Positions 62,630 through 64,000 of a stretch of DNA of 64,000 bases are shown here, piece by piece; the first letter of the stretch is position 1, and every line of letters starts with the position of its first letter. Under the pieces are notes generated by a model, which was given only the letters and a program-made list of their open reading frames with translations, was not told where the DNA came from and ran no database searches. The position numbers and the translations under genes are program-made. Origin of the DNA: Monocercomonoides exilis PA203 (taxonomy: Eukaryota; Protista; Preaxostyla); assembly GCA_001643675.2 (NCBI GenBank), contig LSRY02000037.1:682001-746000 (forward strand). The letters are read 5' to 3'.

Positions 62630-64000
62630 AAAAGAAAAAGAGAAAAGAATTGAACATAAGGTTTATAAAAAAACAGAGAAAGATGGTATTTCTGAAAGCA
62701 AAGTTGATCGTGTGATATATTTGGAGTCATTTGATGGAAGCAGAACATCATTTAGAGTTTAATACTTCGAAGAATAACAATTGTCTGGAAAAGTTATTTC
62801 AGAGGAAGAGTTTTTATGTTCAATAACACAAACGAGGGAAGCAAAAGTGGCAGATTCGAATTCAATGAGGAAAAACATAAGAGGAAAGGGGCAATTTATT
62901 ATCGAAGACAAAGAGGAAGAAGAGAGAAGGAAAAGCGAGCAGAGTGTTTTGAACGGAAGTGAGTCTGAAGTGTCGAAATCAGCTTCGTTGAAAGGCAGGC
63001 ATGCTTGTGACATATATTCAGTGATTCCATCATCATTTTCTTCTTATTCACAGTGCGTCAAAACGTTTTTCAGTGATCCAAAGGAAAAGACAAAAAAAGG
63101 CAGCTTAAAGAAAGAAATGCATCAAAGATAATGCGGTTCTGTTCATAGAAGACGAAAATTATTTCTTTGGATCAAAGAATACAACAAAAAGCAAAGCATA
63201 AACCTATCTGTTTCTCAGTCATCAGCCTTTGCTTCATATTCACCTCAGATTTCTTCCAGATATAGCACCTTCAGATGACAAGTGATTTGAAGAGGAAGAA
63301 AGCGATACAGCTGAAGATGGAGAAGATGCAGAAGAAAGAGGCAGTGAAGAAGAGAGAGGAGCTGCTGGAGGAAGAGAAAGAAAACTCAAAATAAAAACGG
63401 TCAAAGCTCGAAGATGAGCAGAAGAAGACACTGGAGCAGGCTGAGAAGAAGAAAGAGGTATTTGTTTCGTATCTGAAAAAGATGAAGATTGAAAGAAGTG
63501 AATCGAACTTCAAAAGCGAAGCGAACAAGAGGAAGATGTTGATGAAGGAGCATACCGAATCGCCTCCAGTTGTTTGGATAATGAAGATGCTTTTAATTTG
63601 AGATGATCTATCTTTTGATCGGCAGGCAGTTTATTTTGGAAGCTGTGCAGATGTCATTCAGAAGAAAATCGCATTTCTATCTATTGAAAAAGGGGAAGAT
63701 AATATTTCAGAAAACTTGGCTCCTTCAAAAGAACATCAAAAGAAGAATAAAAAGAAAAGCAAGATGAAAATTATGTTCCAAAAAAAAACAAAAACATTCT
63801 GAGCCAAAGCGAAGGAAAAATGCGAATGTGTTTTAAGATGTTTGATTTCAAAACTTGTTATTTTTCTTCTTTTGATCCTTATAAGAAAAACTCACTATTT
63901 GTAAGTTTTCTTTGTATTTCACAAGATAATCGTCAAACACAGCAAAAAAAGCGTGAAAGAAGCTTCTTCTTCTTTTCTTTCTTTAATTTCTTCTGCTAAT
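62630..64000 (+). pseudogene. Diverged, internally deleted direct copy of 26625-28716
   Basis: Shared blocks include AGAGAAAGATGGTATTTCTGAAAGCAAAGT and TTTGTTTCGTATCTGAAAAAGATGAAGATTGAAAGAAG. The last 176 bp are identical. Confidence 0.7.

Overview
AT-rich, intron-containing eukaryotic DNA. The multicopy gene families resemble those of the oxymonad Monocercomonoides, which is an inference from recalled protein motifs and not from a database search. The window is mostly transposons, pseudogenes and duplicated fragments, and I found no rRNA, tRNA or CRISPR array. The main structure is a nested ~14.4 kb composite (12107-26462) bounded by ~1.69 kb near-perfect inverted repeats. It contains a three-exon gene in which a complete ubiquitin-specific protease (USP/C19) domain is fused in frame to a Sola2-like DDD transposase; the gene has four nonsense codons and no frameshifts. 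It also contains a ~6 kb hAT element with TIRs, a target-site duplication, subterminal repeats, an apparently intact transposase and a captured kinase-like host gene fragment. A second divergent USP pseudogene with a similar first exon lies at 56.9-58.4 kb. Other contents are PIF/ISL2EU-like and pogo-like transposase relics, two foldback elements, an inverted paralog pair sharing an identical 1057-bp tract, beta-helix-type surface protein pseudogenes and a long (CTT)n microsatellite.
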